This document shows, one piece after another, positions 25,132 to 37,589 of a DNA stretch of 64,000 bases. The notes under the pieces were generated by a model. It was not told where the DNA came from. It searched no databases and saw only the letters and a list, made by a program, of their open reading frames with translations. The position numbers and the translations under genes are program-made. The first letter of the stretch is position 1. Each line of letters opens with the position of its first letter. The stretch is from Amphiscolops sp. MND2022 (lineage: Eukaryota). The stretch covers positions 61,630,001 to 61,694,000 of the forward strand of contig OZ076409.1 in NCBI GenBank assembly GCA_964187785.1. The letters run 5' to 3'.

Positions 25132-27800
25132 AGTGAGGTGATAACTCCAGCAGCAAGTGAAAACTTCTTCACGGCCTGAGTTATAATAAAGTGAACAATC
25201 TCGCAAGTTGTGTCTTTTATCTAAAACGTTCCTGTAGTTTCGAATGGGGATTTCATTTTATATTTGACTGTTTCGTTTTTACACTTTTTTCAAACAAATC
25301 ATTCACACGACTTCAAAAAATTTGAATATTTTTGTCTGAACATACACTCTTCTTATGGAATACTACATGATTTTTTCCGGGTTTTTATAAAATATGTAAC
25401 ATTGAACAAACCTGGTTGCAATCGAGAAATAAATTATATTTTTGCCGACTGTCGTCATAACTTACTTTAACCAAAAATGTACTGCTTTGATAAAAGCTTG
25501 TTAGTAAGCTGTTGTGTATAGAAGACCACTTATCGAATTCATAATGAATGGTCAATTTTTTATAAAGTATTCAAACTACACTTGCTCAGCTAATCTAGAA
25601 AGACAGACTACAATTTTTCTGACTGTCAATGAAAAATTCGGTACGAAAATTCTTCGCGTACTTGCCAAAAATTTTCTTTCAATTGAAATAAACTTCAACA
25701 AAAAAGCATTTAAAATCTTTTGTTGAAGTCTCAAGATTCTGTGTCTATCGAAATGGCAACTAAGTTTGGTTGAGTTCGGCACATTTCGGCTTCTTTTTAG
25801 GTGTACAAAACTTTTTTCACACCAATTAGATCGGATTAGTCTCGGCCGTAACTCACGGTGCTTTATTGGATATTATTACCATAATTGTGTGAAAGAGCAG
25901 ACATGCCGTACGCGACTGAGAGCAGAATGATGCATAAAACTTGCCTCTGAATTTTTTATCATAACGAAAGAAGTCTTAGCAAAAACTGTTTCATAGCTGG
26001 CACAACGTCGAAAAAATCAGAGGCCTCATCGGTGAAATGGCTTGTGCCACGAAAGCATGAAAGGATTCTCAAAAGTATCAATGCAATTGATGATCACGAT
26101 GTATATTTTTAGTCGGCGCATTTCATGTGCAAAGTTGTCTGACTAATACATTGACTACCGTTGAAACATTTTAGAAGGAGCAACATCAAGGAAATATCAA
26201 AATCCAATATCTCAAACACTTCAATAGTTTTTGAGGAATGGTGAGAGTGAAACTCTCTTGGATTTTCATCTAAGTTCACAAAAATGTTTGCTTCAAAATT
26301 ATGAAAAATTTACGATAGGCCAATTTTAGCCAAACACAAACTTAATAGAAAATCTCAATTTTGGCTTGCTCGTCCACAAGGTGTTTGAGGAATTTTATGT
26401 TCAATCGACCCCTCAAAGTTTGCCGAAGCCGTGAAACTTTAGATAAACAGGCCGGGACCGGCCCAAATCCGCGCCATATCAAAGGCTCAAAAATAGCAAA
26501 ATGACATCATAGTGCCAAATTATTGGTGAATTAGGGACCCCTTGATGAACTTTTTCTTTAAAAAAGTCTCACAATGCCAAAAAACCTGAAATACGGACCC
26601 TTTGAGATTTTTCAACATACATTCTGTCGCAAAAAAATGAAGGTGACCCTTTGGGGAGAATTATTTTTTCCGAAAAACGTCCCACCATGCCGAAGAAAAA
26701 GCTCAAAGGTGGTCCCGCCCGGTATTGTAGGTTAAGCAGGAAAAAAGGAAAATCTTTCTGATTCAGCTCTCTGGGCCAATAGGTACATGGCGACACCTTA
26801 AAATTTTGTAGAACTTTTGATAGAACTATTTTAATCACTTCACGTGCATCGAAAAATAAATACTGACGAAAAGCAATTACTATAGTTGACTCTTTTCTCA
26901 AGAAAGGCGCCGACTAAAAAGGCTGGATAAACAAGCAATTTGAGAAATACATGTACTCACTACTCGAACCTGTCGCAAAGTTTTCCATGTTGTATCCAAG
27001 CATGCATTCTAAACTTTTCATAAACATAGTGTAACGGCAAGCTGTTATCGGTCGCTTAACACGTTAACAGAGGTGGAGGAACCTGCAGAAATGGGTGATT
27101 CGCTCGGGACAGGCGCCCATCGCCACAGATCCATTTTGCCTCCAAGGGTGAAATACGTCCCGGGGCCGCGGGTGCTTCGACGAATACTGTCCAACCGGTC
27201 CTAGTCTTTGATTGCTAATAGTAACGGGCATCTTTCTGCTCTCTAAAGACCACCGCTTAACTAGCATATAAAAACAATGCCAAGAATAAGGTAAATTTCC
27301 AGTTCCAGGGTGACATGTGAATAAGATCTAAAATTGGATAATAAGATCTAAACTAGCGCTAGCGCTACTGAATACAGCTAAAATCACTGAAAATACATGA
27401 AAACAGGCACGAATATGGCAAACCACACAGCTAAAAAGCTGGGGCGCAGGGGCTCCAAGCACCAAACAAGGATCTTTGAGCGAAAAGACTCATTTTTACG
27501 GTTTCCGCTACATAGGGTAGCATAATGCTGAAAATCGATAAAACCGGTGTTAGCACCTCAAAAAGAGTCTATTTTCGGTCGTTCTTGCCGTCTCTGGCTT
27601 CTGTCATGGCGGCGCGCCCGTATTTTTGCTCGTTCTTGCTCTTTGTTGTCGAAGTACCTGCCAATTTCGTGGAAACAGCGAAAAGAGCAATCACATGCTC
27701 AGTGCCACGTCACACATCGGATTAGAATTTTTGACAAAATATCTGAACATGTCAAGTTGCAAAATCGGTTGATATTGCTGTACCAGAGCTTGCCGTTACA

Positions 27801-27838
27801 TCACTCCCCGGGCTTTATGCATGATGTCCCTGTCATGC
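27801..27838 (-). promoter_or_regulatory. polypurine tract and upstream hairpin of element A
   Basis: The minus strand reads GCATGA-CAGGGACA-TCATGC (hairpin), then GCCCGGGGAGTGA directly before the LTR's TGT. Confidence 0.75.
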
Positions 27839-29146
27839 GGAGAGGCTGGCATTGAATACATCGCCACATCATGAGTGCAATCCACGGGGGTCTCAAACTG
27901 GTGATGTTGCAACGGTCCAGTGGCACTGTCATCTTTTGCTGATTGGGCAACCATGAGGTCTTGCTTCTAGCCATCCAGAGAACCTGCATCGTCCAGAAAC
28001 TGTTGAAACAGAACTAGCTCGAGAGCTAGAAAGCCAGTACTCAAAAATGCACCTTGAAATTGATCAAATCCAAGATTCCATACATCAATCAAAAAAGCAC
28101 CACTTTTTTAGCACGAGTTTTCAGTTTTCTGCAAAAGTCTGAATAGGATACTGCTAGCACTTTGGTTTTGGGACGTCTAAAATTTCTTTTACGGAGCGCT
28201 CACGCTCCAAAGCGCACGTGGTTCTCAGCAAAACATTTTTTCCACGGCAATAAAGTTTCAGTTTGCAGCACAGTTAAAAGTTCTTTTCGCTAAAACTTCT
28301 TTTCAGCAGTAAAACCTCTGTTTAAGAGGAAGACAAGCTGTTTCTTTGATACTTTTTTTGTACAGTTCGGCTTGGTTTGGGCAACACGCACTGATATGCA
28401 GCTCCACACCTGTATAGTAGCATCTGCCAAGGAGCGCATCAGAAGCAAACTACGAACTGCTCGTAAGAGTAAGCGCTGGAGTAAAGCAGACAAAGGTAGA
28501 TCAAATTTTGCCATTTGCAGATCAGGAGCGCGCGCGCTCCTTATTTTTCCTGATATCACGTTGGAATCTGGAGGAAACTTCTGGAAAGCTTGGAAAAGAA
28601 AAACAAAAATAGCACCATTCGGGCGCAGCAATACATGTAGAGTTTTTGGGTTATTTATTGAATTAACAGAAGTATTTGAATTCAAACATCTCAAATAAAA
28701 CTAAAACAAAAATGTCGCGACGTACGTTTACATGACTACTAAAATTACGAAACAAAGTTGCAGAAAAAACTGCTCCAACAAGAACATCACGCTGCAAGGT
28801 ATCCATTACCAAACGTAGTGATATCCTCCGGGCGTTTTCCAATTGAGTTGATGACTGTAGGGGTGTTTGTCTTCAACTGAGGCTCCCCGGGCCTTAGTTG
28901 ACTCCCCGGGCCTTAGTCGTTGAGCACCCTCTTTCACATGAGGATAGTGAGGAATGGACAAATTTGAACGCCTGACATAAAAATACAGCAGGAAAGATTA
29001 AGCGTTGACGACACCTCCTCCCCCTTTGAAATGAAGTGGAGTGTGGTTTGGACTGGATAGACATCACCATCCAATAGCAGCAGGACGTGCAGCAAGCATG
29101 AAGCATTAGGAAATCCGATAAAGAAAATCTTGGAGACTGGGTCTGT

Positions 29147-29913
29147 CTAAAGACTGGAATAGTTGTTCGGAGGACGGCCACGCCTATGTCCCTTCGGTCG
29201 ATGTGACCATGGTAGAACTTGGCGTGGTGGACGGCCACGGCGACGTCCATCATAAAGGGACAACAGAACTTTTTGCCATGAGTGCTCAAAGTCTGTGCGC
29301 GGTGGTCGACCACGTCTATGACCAGTTGGTCGAGTTTTAGCTGAACCACCAGGCAACCAATTGATAAAGACTGGCGGGTCCACCTGAATAAAATCCTGTA
29401 GCCCACCTTTAGCAGAATGTGGCTAAAAAGAGTCCTTCAGCAAACTCGGTAGCAACTTCGTAGTTGATATTAGGGACTTTGTTCCAGGGGAGTGAGAGTT
29501 GCTTAAAAAATCCTGCGATAAGGAAGTGGAGGGTGAGATTGATATTCGTTCATTCTTCGTATCATTTGAGTAGAGGTTGCGCCCGCGCAACCCATTATCA
29601 CCGGCGTGATATTCAGGCAACGTGTCAGCAATACCCATGGTTGTAGTGTCCAAAGATGTTGGGTCCACCCCATGTCTTTTGTTGGCGGTGTCAATGGTTC
29701 TGATTCGACGGCGTCTGAAATATTGATCTGCATTTGTGCTAGCGCTCGCGCTATCGCTCGCGCTAGCAGTTTCTCCTGGCAAAGCGTGCTTTGTTCCAAA
29801 AAGTCTGATATCTCATCCATCCAGAGTCCCGTAGTCCAGAGTTCGTCGAAGGCACGCAACACTGCTGACTTGAGCTGTTCAGGATCAATTTTCGAAGTCC
29901 CATAGGAGTCCAT
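29147..29913 (-). pseudogene. decayed ORF with three AT-hook motifs inside LTR element A
   Basis: GHRRGRPPR, GRRRGRPPR and GHRRGRPPN in 29147-29383. This is the same frame as 29423-29782 across one TAG, and a probable frameshift joins the ATG ORF starting at 29913. Confidence 0.55.
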
Positions 29914-30759
29914 AATTTATGACCCCTGCCGGCAATTTTTTTGAACCGTGGGATTTGCCTCGTTTGCACCCAGGAAGGTCTATTGGGTCCCTTCCGTTGG
30001 AAAATGAAGGCTTTTTGGGTTTGCCTCTTGTACAGCGGAAGTATTGAAAGTTTACAATGATAGATTTTCTGGTATTTTTTGAATTTTGTTCAAGACGTGT
30101 GTCTGAACAGAGTCAAATTCAGTTTTATCAATCGTACTGGGTACAAAATGACACAGCACAATTTGTCAGCCACACAAGTCAGAAAAATAACCTTCCGTAG
30201 CTGATAATTGCCTCCAGCTCCAAGCTAGAGCCTTTTTCAACTATTTTAGGACTTTTCAACTTTTTTCGAAAATCACTCAGATGGCTTTTACAAGTGCTGG
30301 AAACGTGGTATCGGGCTCAAAATTGGTCACGCGACCACACTTATAGCCAGCTACACTACAGTAGCAACCAATGAGAATTCAGACCACTGGGCGAGATTTA
30401 GATCTGGTACGGACGGTCCGTATCACAGTATTTCGATTGACACTATTTTTCACATGCAATCAAAGACTCTCGTCCACAGTGTTGAGCTCTCGAGCTCACT
30501 TTTTCAGCAACGGTGCACCAAATGACACCAATAAGAATAGTCCAGGGCAATGTAATCCCAACTTCCCAATAAGGTGCGCCGACAATTCCGAAAAAATGAT
30601 CCAATTCGTTACAATACACAGGATATCACAACTTCAAGTAACAAAATGCTATGATCCAGCAAGGCAGCCCACTCGATACTGATCAAATATCACACGCACA
30701 GCAATGAACTAACTGCTGGGAGTTCAAACTAGGGGTTTCCACAGGTTTCCAACACGTAG

Positions 30760-32210
30760 AAATGACTTTTTCTCACTTTCCCTGTTTTCGTCTCGGTGAG
30801 ACCTCTAAGACACAATGAATATGCACGTCCGAGAAGTGTCGAAATAAGTTCCAAGGGTTGTAGCGTGCTGGAAGGTATACAGCACTTCCGGATTGATGCA
30901 CTGACCCAAAAAGTGAGTCCAGAATTGGGGTATTAGGATCCAGTCACAGGTCAGAGGTTTTTCAGATGTTTTTTGGGTTTTTCAGCTTCACTTGAAAAAA
31001 ACTCCAGAGGCTAGCGCTAACGCTAGAAACCCAGGATCGGCTTCAAAATCAACCACACAGTCCCACGTAAGTTGAGGTACAAGGGAGTAATAGCTGATTT
31101 GTGCTGAGATGACTAGGTGAAGTTTCAACACAGTACAGACGTTCGATATCACTGTGTTCCAATATGCACTGTTCTTCACGTGTCAACCCAGATTGTGGCG
31201 AACTGCAAACAGCGCTCACGCTCGTTTTTTCGGCAACAATACGATAAGTTTGCACTGGTTACGATAGTGGGCAGCAATTTGGCCCCACTCTTTGAATAAG
31301 GTTTTCAGGCAATCCCACAAGGCTTCGTAGAATTCGCCTTCTTGCGCACCTTCTTGTGCAGTTTGTTTTAGTCAATTTCTCAACAGATATAGTAGCAATT
31401 GACACCAAACTTGGCAGACGCTGTCAGTAGGCACCAACCACGCTGTTAGAGTAGTGAAATAGACGGTGGTAGGCTTGCAGGGGGTCTCCTCAAGGATTTG
31501 GCCCTCTGCTCGTCTCGGTGAGGACTTAAGAAAATTGATGTTTTTTCAACGTCCAAGATTTTTCAAAAAACGTTCTAAGGTTCGTAGGCTGTTCAAATTT
31601 GCACAGCGCTTTCCCACAAGCACACTGGGCCAGAAAATCAACCTGGTTTAGGGCAAAAAGTCTCCAGTCACCCACAGGAAGAATTTCAAAGAATTTTTGG
31701 GTTTTCCAAAAATCGCACAACAACTCTCCAGAGGCTCGTGTGTGCACTGGAAGCGCCGCATCCAGCCCAAAATTGACCAGCAGATCTTAGGTACACGTAG
31801 GTTTACGAAAATGAACACAGAATTGAGCTGCACTCCTTCTACACAGTTTCACTTAGGTACAGACGTGCGGTATCACTATGTACCGAAATGCACTGTTTTT
31901 CACGTCTTTTTCAAGATTGCGGTCCACTGGAAAGAGCTAGCAAGCTCAAATTCTCTGCAGCAACGTAAGAACTAGCATAAATTATGATGGTGGGCTGCAA
32001 TATAGCCCCACCCGTCGGCTAAGGTGCCCGGGTTACTCGGAAAAATTAAGAAAAAACTGCCTTTTTGCGCACTTTTTTGGGCGCCGCGTTTTTCCTATTT
32101 TCTCGACAAGTATCACACAGATCGGCACCAAACTTGGTAGTTTATGTCAGTGGGCACCCACAATGCCACTAAAATGTTCGAATTGAAGCGCGAGCGCTTA
32201 TTTGAGGTTT
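30760..32210. repeat. diverged ~725-bp internal tandem duplication in element A
   Basis: Paired motifs: TCTCGGTGAG (~30791/31513), GTACAGACG...TATCACT (31133/31857) and CACCAAACTTGG (~31403/32126). Confidence 0.75.
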
Positions 32211-33895
32211 CGACCTACTATGTACGTTGTACACGAAAAAACACTGTTTTTGACGACTTTCTTCACAAATTGACCAAGAGGATCACCTCAGAAAGTGATA
32301 CGGCGGGCAAAATGGGACCAACGTGTTGCCCCACTATCCGTAGCACTGGGATAAACCCTCAATTGGTTGTGCCCGTTAGGTATAAGGCACTGACAGTCCT
32401 GCAGTTTTGGATTTTTTCGGTCCTTTTACGCTTCTCTGAAGTCGAAACGTCAGAGAGCTTTTCTCGACTTTGGTGACCGATACGCTCACCAAATTTTCGG
32501 CACTAACGTTAATTTTTGTGGTGGTTACGAAAATGCAACCACTTTTTGGCTAGGGTTCAGGAATCGATGACCCGACCCTAGCTCAGAGACAGTCCGGTTT
32601 TGTGGAAAATTGATCAAATTCAGTGCGTTTTTCCACTTTTCTCAGCACTGAATGGGAGTTTTTACACGCGGTTTTCACCACCACGCGTTATTTTTACTAC
32701 AAAAACAGAAAATGAGAGCGCGCGGGCTCCCAGGTCTCGAAAACACTGAGTGACCCAGAGGTTTTAATGATACACTCTGGCACTCCTGAAACTGGCCAAA
32801 AATCAAGGTTTTTCGACCTGTTCTCACCAAGAAAACGTTACAAACTCTCCTAAATCCTATTTTCGGTACTGTGGAGTGTGCCCCAAACTAATAGCAGCAC
32901 GGAAGAGGCAATTACATCACAATCCAGCACTCTCCCAGTGGCATTTCATAGTGGTTTTTTTGCCAATTTTGCCAAAAACCGCGTTTTTTCATGCCAAATG
33001 TGTCTCAAAAAGGTCTCCAACGGCCTTTCTGGTTGTCGTTAAATTATGTAGCATAACCCTCAAGGTTTTGGGCTGCTTTTAATTCATTTTTGCAACTGCT
33101 GTGGCTAATACTTCGAGCGCTCGCGCTCGTACCAAGAAAAGTACTCAAAAATGCCAAAAATCACGTTTTTGCGACTTTTGCACTAAAAATCGCACTTTTT
33201 TCACTGAAAACAGGTGCAAAAGCACACACAGAGTTGCAACAAGAGAAAACTAGGCTTACCAAACATTTCCCCGTCGAAAAAGGTTCATATTCAAAATTTT
33301 CGCCCACCATGAGCCATTTGAGCGACACTTCTGGTCACAAGGGGTACATCTTCACCACGCTTTTTCTCCACATCCAGACCAGATAGAGACACGCGGTTTG
33401 GACCATTAGCATCGTCTGCTATTGCACTTGCTGTCCACCAAAAACCATGCCTCTAGGACGTCTTCACGAGAAATGGGAGTAGGAAGTAGGCAACACACGA
33501 TTTGACCCCTTTGCCGCCTCGCTGGCTCGTGGCTAACCATCCACCAGTCACCTTCTTGCATGGCATACAATGGCTGAAAATAGCTCAAAAAACCTGTTAA
33601 ACACCCGTAGCCACGTGCTACGGTCCTCTACACCTGCAAAAAAGATACCCGCTGATGGGAACCTTGCAATTTTAGACGATATCTGTCAACAAATACCTGT
33701 TATCAAAACATACCATAGGTATTCGGAAAAATCCCCCGAAAGACTGGAAAAATACCAAAATATAATGTCATATCATCTAAGAAATTTGGAAAAACTCTGG
33801 GTAAACGTCTCCTTCCAGAGTCCAATCGTTCTTGGCGTCCAATACCAGGGGGTCGGAAATTTCAAAACCATATAATAGGGCAGTAATCGGAAGCG

Positions 33896-33913
33896 ATCCC
33901 TCTGTGGTCGCCA
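33896..33913 (-). promoter_or_regulatory. primer binding site (tRNA-Arg-like) of element A
   Basis: TGGCGACCACAGAGGGAT is complementary to a tRNA 3' end ...GTGGTCG-CCA, as I recall for animal tRNA-Arg(TCG). Confidence 0.8.
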
Positions 33914-36786
33914 AAAAATGATGTCTCATGTAACGGCAAGCTGTTATCGGTCGCTTAACACGTTAACAGAGGTGGAGGAACCTGCAGAAATGGGTGATTC
34001 GCTCGGGACAGGCGCCCATCGCCACAGATCCATTTTGCCTCCAAGGGTGAAATACGTCCAGGGGCCGCGGGTGCTTCGACGAATACTGTCCAACCGGTCC
34101 TAGTCTTTGGTTGCTAATAGTAACAGGCATCTTTCTGCTATCTAAAGACCACCGCTTAACTAGCATATAAAAACAATGCCAAGAATAAGGTAAATTTCCA
34201 GTTCCATGGTGACATGTGAATAAGATCTAAAATTGGGGAATAAGATCTAAACTAGCGCTAGCGCTACTGAATACAGCTAAAATCACTGAAAAAACATAAA
34301 AACAGGCACGAATATGGCAAACCACACAGCTAAAAAGCTGGGGCGCAGGGGCTCCAAGCACCAAACAAGGATCTTTAGGCGAAAAGACTCATTTTTACGG
34401 TTTCCGCTACATAGGGTAGCATAATGCTGAAAATCGATAAAACCGGTGTTAGCACCTCAAAAAGAGTCTATTTTCGGTCGTTCTTGCCGTCTCTGGCTTC
34501 TGTCATGGCGGCGCGCCCGTATTTTTGCTCGTTCTTGCTCTTTGTTGTCGAAGTACCTGCCAATTTCGTGGAAACAGCGAAAAGAGCAATCACATGCTCA
34601 GTGCCACGTCACACATCGGATTAGAATTTTTGACAAAATTTCTGAACATGTCAAAGTTGCAAAATCGGTTGATAGTGCTGTACCAGAGCTTGCCGTTACA
34701 TAGAAAATACTAAAAGCACGCATGGAGAAATTTTGTAGGAGTACATTGCAGCTTCCACTATTTCAATTAAAACTGAAAACAATTCCACTTCTTCACAGCC
34801 GCAATCACTTTTTCACGCGTAAGTTTCTCAAGTAGTAACCCAATGTAATCACCGTTCGTCAAATAGCACGCTGAATATGACGCTACTTTGAAACCTATAA
34901 TGTGACAGAAGTTTAAATGCATTGAAGTCGCGATAAAATTATTGAGGTCACAGCTGCTTTCAAAATTAGAACTGCTTCTAAATGAAACCTCCAAAACTTC
35001 GTGTCTCAAAATTGCCGCGAAACTCCAGATTCATAGTTTAGGCAGCTTGATAAAATTAAATTGAATCAGCGAAGTTTTAATGCATGGAAGTCTTTTTGAG
35101 AATTTTATAAAATCATGGAAAATTAGCTTGGTAACCTACAAAAAACTTGTAAAAAGCTTACGTAGTTTGAGCCAGGGCGAAGATACGATTTTGAAGCTCA
35201 ACAAATTGAAACAAGCTCTTATGTATAAAATGTTCAACAATCCGAAAAACAAGTCACATTTTCAGAGTCCAAATGTTCGAGCGAATTTCAGAATCAAAAA
35301 TATCTCGAAGTCGAACAAGTGTAAAATGGTGCAAAAAAAAACGAAATAATGTTTTGAACTTAGCACTCGAGTATTAAAATGAAATCTTGAGATTATAATT
35401 AACCAGGAAAATAGGACTCTTTCCCAGTTTCCCCGCCTCTAAAATTGATAAGAAAAACGCTTATACTTTCCGGCAAAATTTTTGTCCTCAATCAATTTTA
35501 GTTGAACGAAACATGAGGTATGTAAAAACTTTTTGAGAATAAAACATTGAAAGTCAAAAATGAGAACAGTACATAGAATTTACTGCTGCAGAAAAAAAAT
35601 TATCAATGCTTTTATCCTCCACTACACTTTTGATGCTGAGAATAACGATTCACAACCATTGAAAGTCATTTTTTGCAGTTTTCATCAAAAATTTCAGCAC
35701 TGATGGGGTTTATCGGAGAAACAATTTTTGAAACCTTTAACGTTTAGGAAGTTCCTTAGATAACAAAGATGTTAACAGTATTTTTGCTAGAATTTGTACA
35801 CAAACTACGAATAGCCAATTATATCATATGTTGAAACATGGGACAATGGGGTTAATTTTTTTCAAATTCTTTTTTCGAAAAAGCTTCTTGAAATACTTGT
35901 AACTAAAACCTCTAGGTTAGATTCAGAGTTACAGCGGGAAATATTTCAAACTGACTTTCTCTGTTTTATCAACAGAAAAGTCAACAAAAACGTCGCAAGT
36001 TTGTTGAAGTAGGCCGAATACGGAGTTTCTTTAGTATCGCGCGATTTAAAGGAATTGGCACTTCAAAACTATTTTGAGAACTCGTCTCTTGTGGAGGCAC
36101 TGATTTATGAGCATATTTTCCAATTTCTTTTTTTGTGGAACGCTTCGAAGCAATTGGAATTTTTCAGCAAACCAGACAACAGAAATTTTGTTGGTAAAAA
36201 TGTAACCATTGAACTTTATTGCGATCTTAAAAAGCAATATCGTTAACGGTTGCATCGGATCCATCTATCAGACTAATTTTCCAGTCTCTGCATGACTTGG
36301 CATAGGTAGCAACTATCTACATATTATTTACTTCATGTTCGGAAGACACAATGCTTTTGAATTCCAAAAAAATCATCCTGGAAATGTAGGAGCCGGAAAA
36401 AAACGTAATATTTCACCGTAAAGTTTGGTAGCTGATTTACACACAGTTTAAGGCTGAGCGAAATTTGAAATTTCAGGAGATTTGTTTAACTGCTTTCTTC
36501 CCACCTGCTCTGTTGCTTTTGTTAAAATCACTACGGCAGTTTTTTCAATTTTGCATGTGGAATGTCCACTTTGAACAGATTCTTTCAGCAAAGTCCCGTC
36601 ACGCGGCTTAGAAGGTAAAAAGCGTTTTGAATTGACGCTTTTTGTGAAACGAAAAATGTCCGATTATAACAGTGACTTTTTTCCAGAGACCACAAACCTC
36701 ACACTGAAAGGTCTGGTCCACTTTTTACTGAATTTTACTTTACTCTAAGCCTTCAAACCTTACTAGCTTTAGAATTTTTAGCTTTC

Positions 36787-36855
36787 AGCGTTTTGTCAGA
36801 ACTCTCATTACTTCTGCGCTTGGCTCACACTATCAGTAGGATTGTTGTTATTGCG
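36787..36855 (+). repeat. left copy of 69-bp target-site duplication of element B
   Basis: AGCGTTTTGTCAGAACTC...GTTGTTATTGCG is identical to 42264-42332. Confidence 0.92.
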
Positions 36856-37571
36856 TGTAACGTCAGGCAAAAGACGTTGCAGAAGTTTTTGAAAATTTCG
36901 ATCAAAAATTCGAAATGTGCGACATCAAACAAGCACATTCAAGATGGCCGACCCGGCAGGTACGAAAACCGTAGAGGAAGCAAAATAAAGGCAAAACACC
37001 ACCAGAGGATGCCCCCCACCACCCAGGGAACGAGAATGTCCGAGATGTCGTCACCCAGAAGGCGAGAGAGTCAGGAATTCTGCCATCTGCCAGCAAAAAG
37101 ACAGGGTTTTGGCAGAAAAGTGCCAAATGAGACCATTGTGCCCCGAAGATGAGGAATGATACCAGAAGCAGGAAGCCGATGATCGCCACCGAAATGTAAC
37201 TGTATACTTTATTGGGGCCTATCCCCACCTGTTTTGACTGTTTATAGCGTATTTGGATAATGTTTGAACTACTAGGTCCTCATTTTAGTCATGTGGGAGA
37301 TAGCAGGAACGCATTAGAAACCTTAAGATACGTTTTTACAGGCTTGTGGGGCGTGTCCGGACTTTGAGAGTGCCGGCGCGTCGCTTCGGAGCTCTAACTA
37401 GAGAAGCCTCCTTAGACGTTAGAAAAGTCCCCCTTGGAGACCCCTTTTGGGATCAAAAACTAGTGTCTAGGTATGTAGTAAGACAACGGTCTCCTGTTTA
37501 AGCATCCTAGGCATTGTCCCTCTTCCTAGATGTGCGTCGCTAGCCGGTCGTTACATCTGAAATAGTTTTTA

Positions 37572-37589
37572 TGGCGACCACAGAGGGAT
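37572..37589 (+). promoter_or_regulatory. primer binding site (tRNA-Arg-like) of element B
   Basis: TGGCGACCACAGAGGGAT, identical to the PBS of element A. Confidence 0.8.

Larger units (their letters stand above)
20014..27306. repeat. tandem segmental duplication, ~3.65 kb x2 (20014-23658 and 23659-27306)
   Basis: Near-identical copies, with identical ORFs at offset 3648-3649. The junction CCAGTTCC|TTCGGAAAATG joins the middle of an LTR to the middle of a HINE. Confidence 0.95.
27030..34700 (-). mobile_element. non-autonomous LTR retrotransposon A (LARD-like), LTRs 27030-27800 and 33929-34700
   Basis: 771/772-bp direct repeats (about 14 differences by eye) with 14-bp inverted ends TGTAACGGCAAGCT/AGCTTGCCGTTACA. 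PBS at 33896-33913 and PPT at 27801-27813 on the minus strand. No gag/pol ORF recognised inside. Confidence 0.92.

Noticed and set aside
36793..37228. ORFs within the LTRs of element B (also those at 27064-27855 and 33963-34713 in element A)
   Set aside because: Short, no recognisable domains, and several are changed by indels between the two LTR copies.
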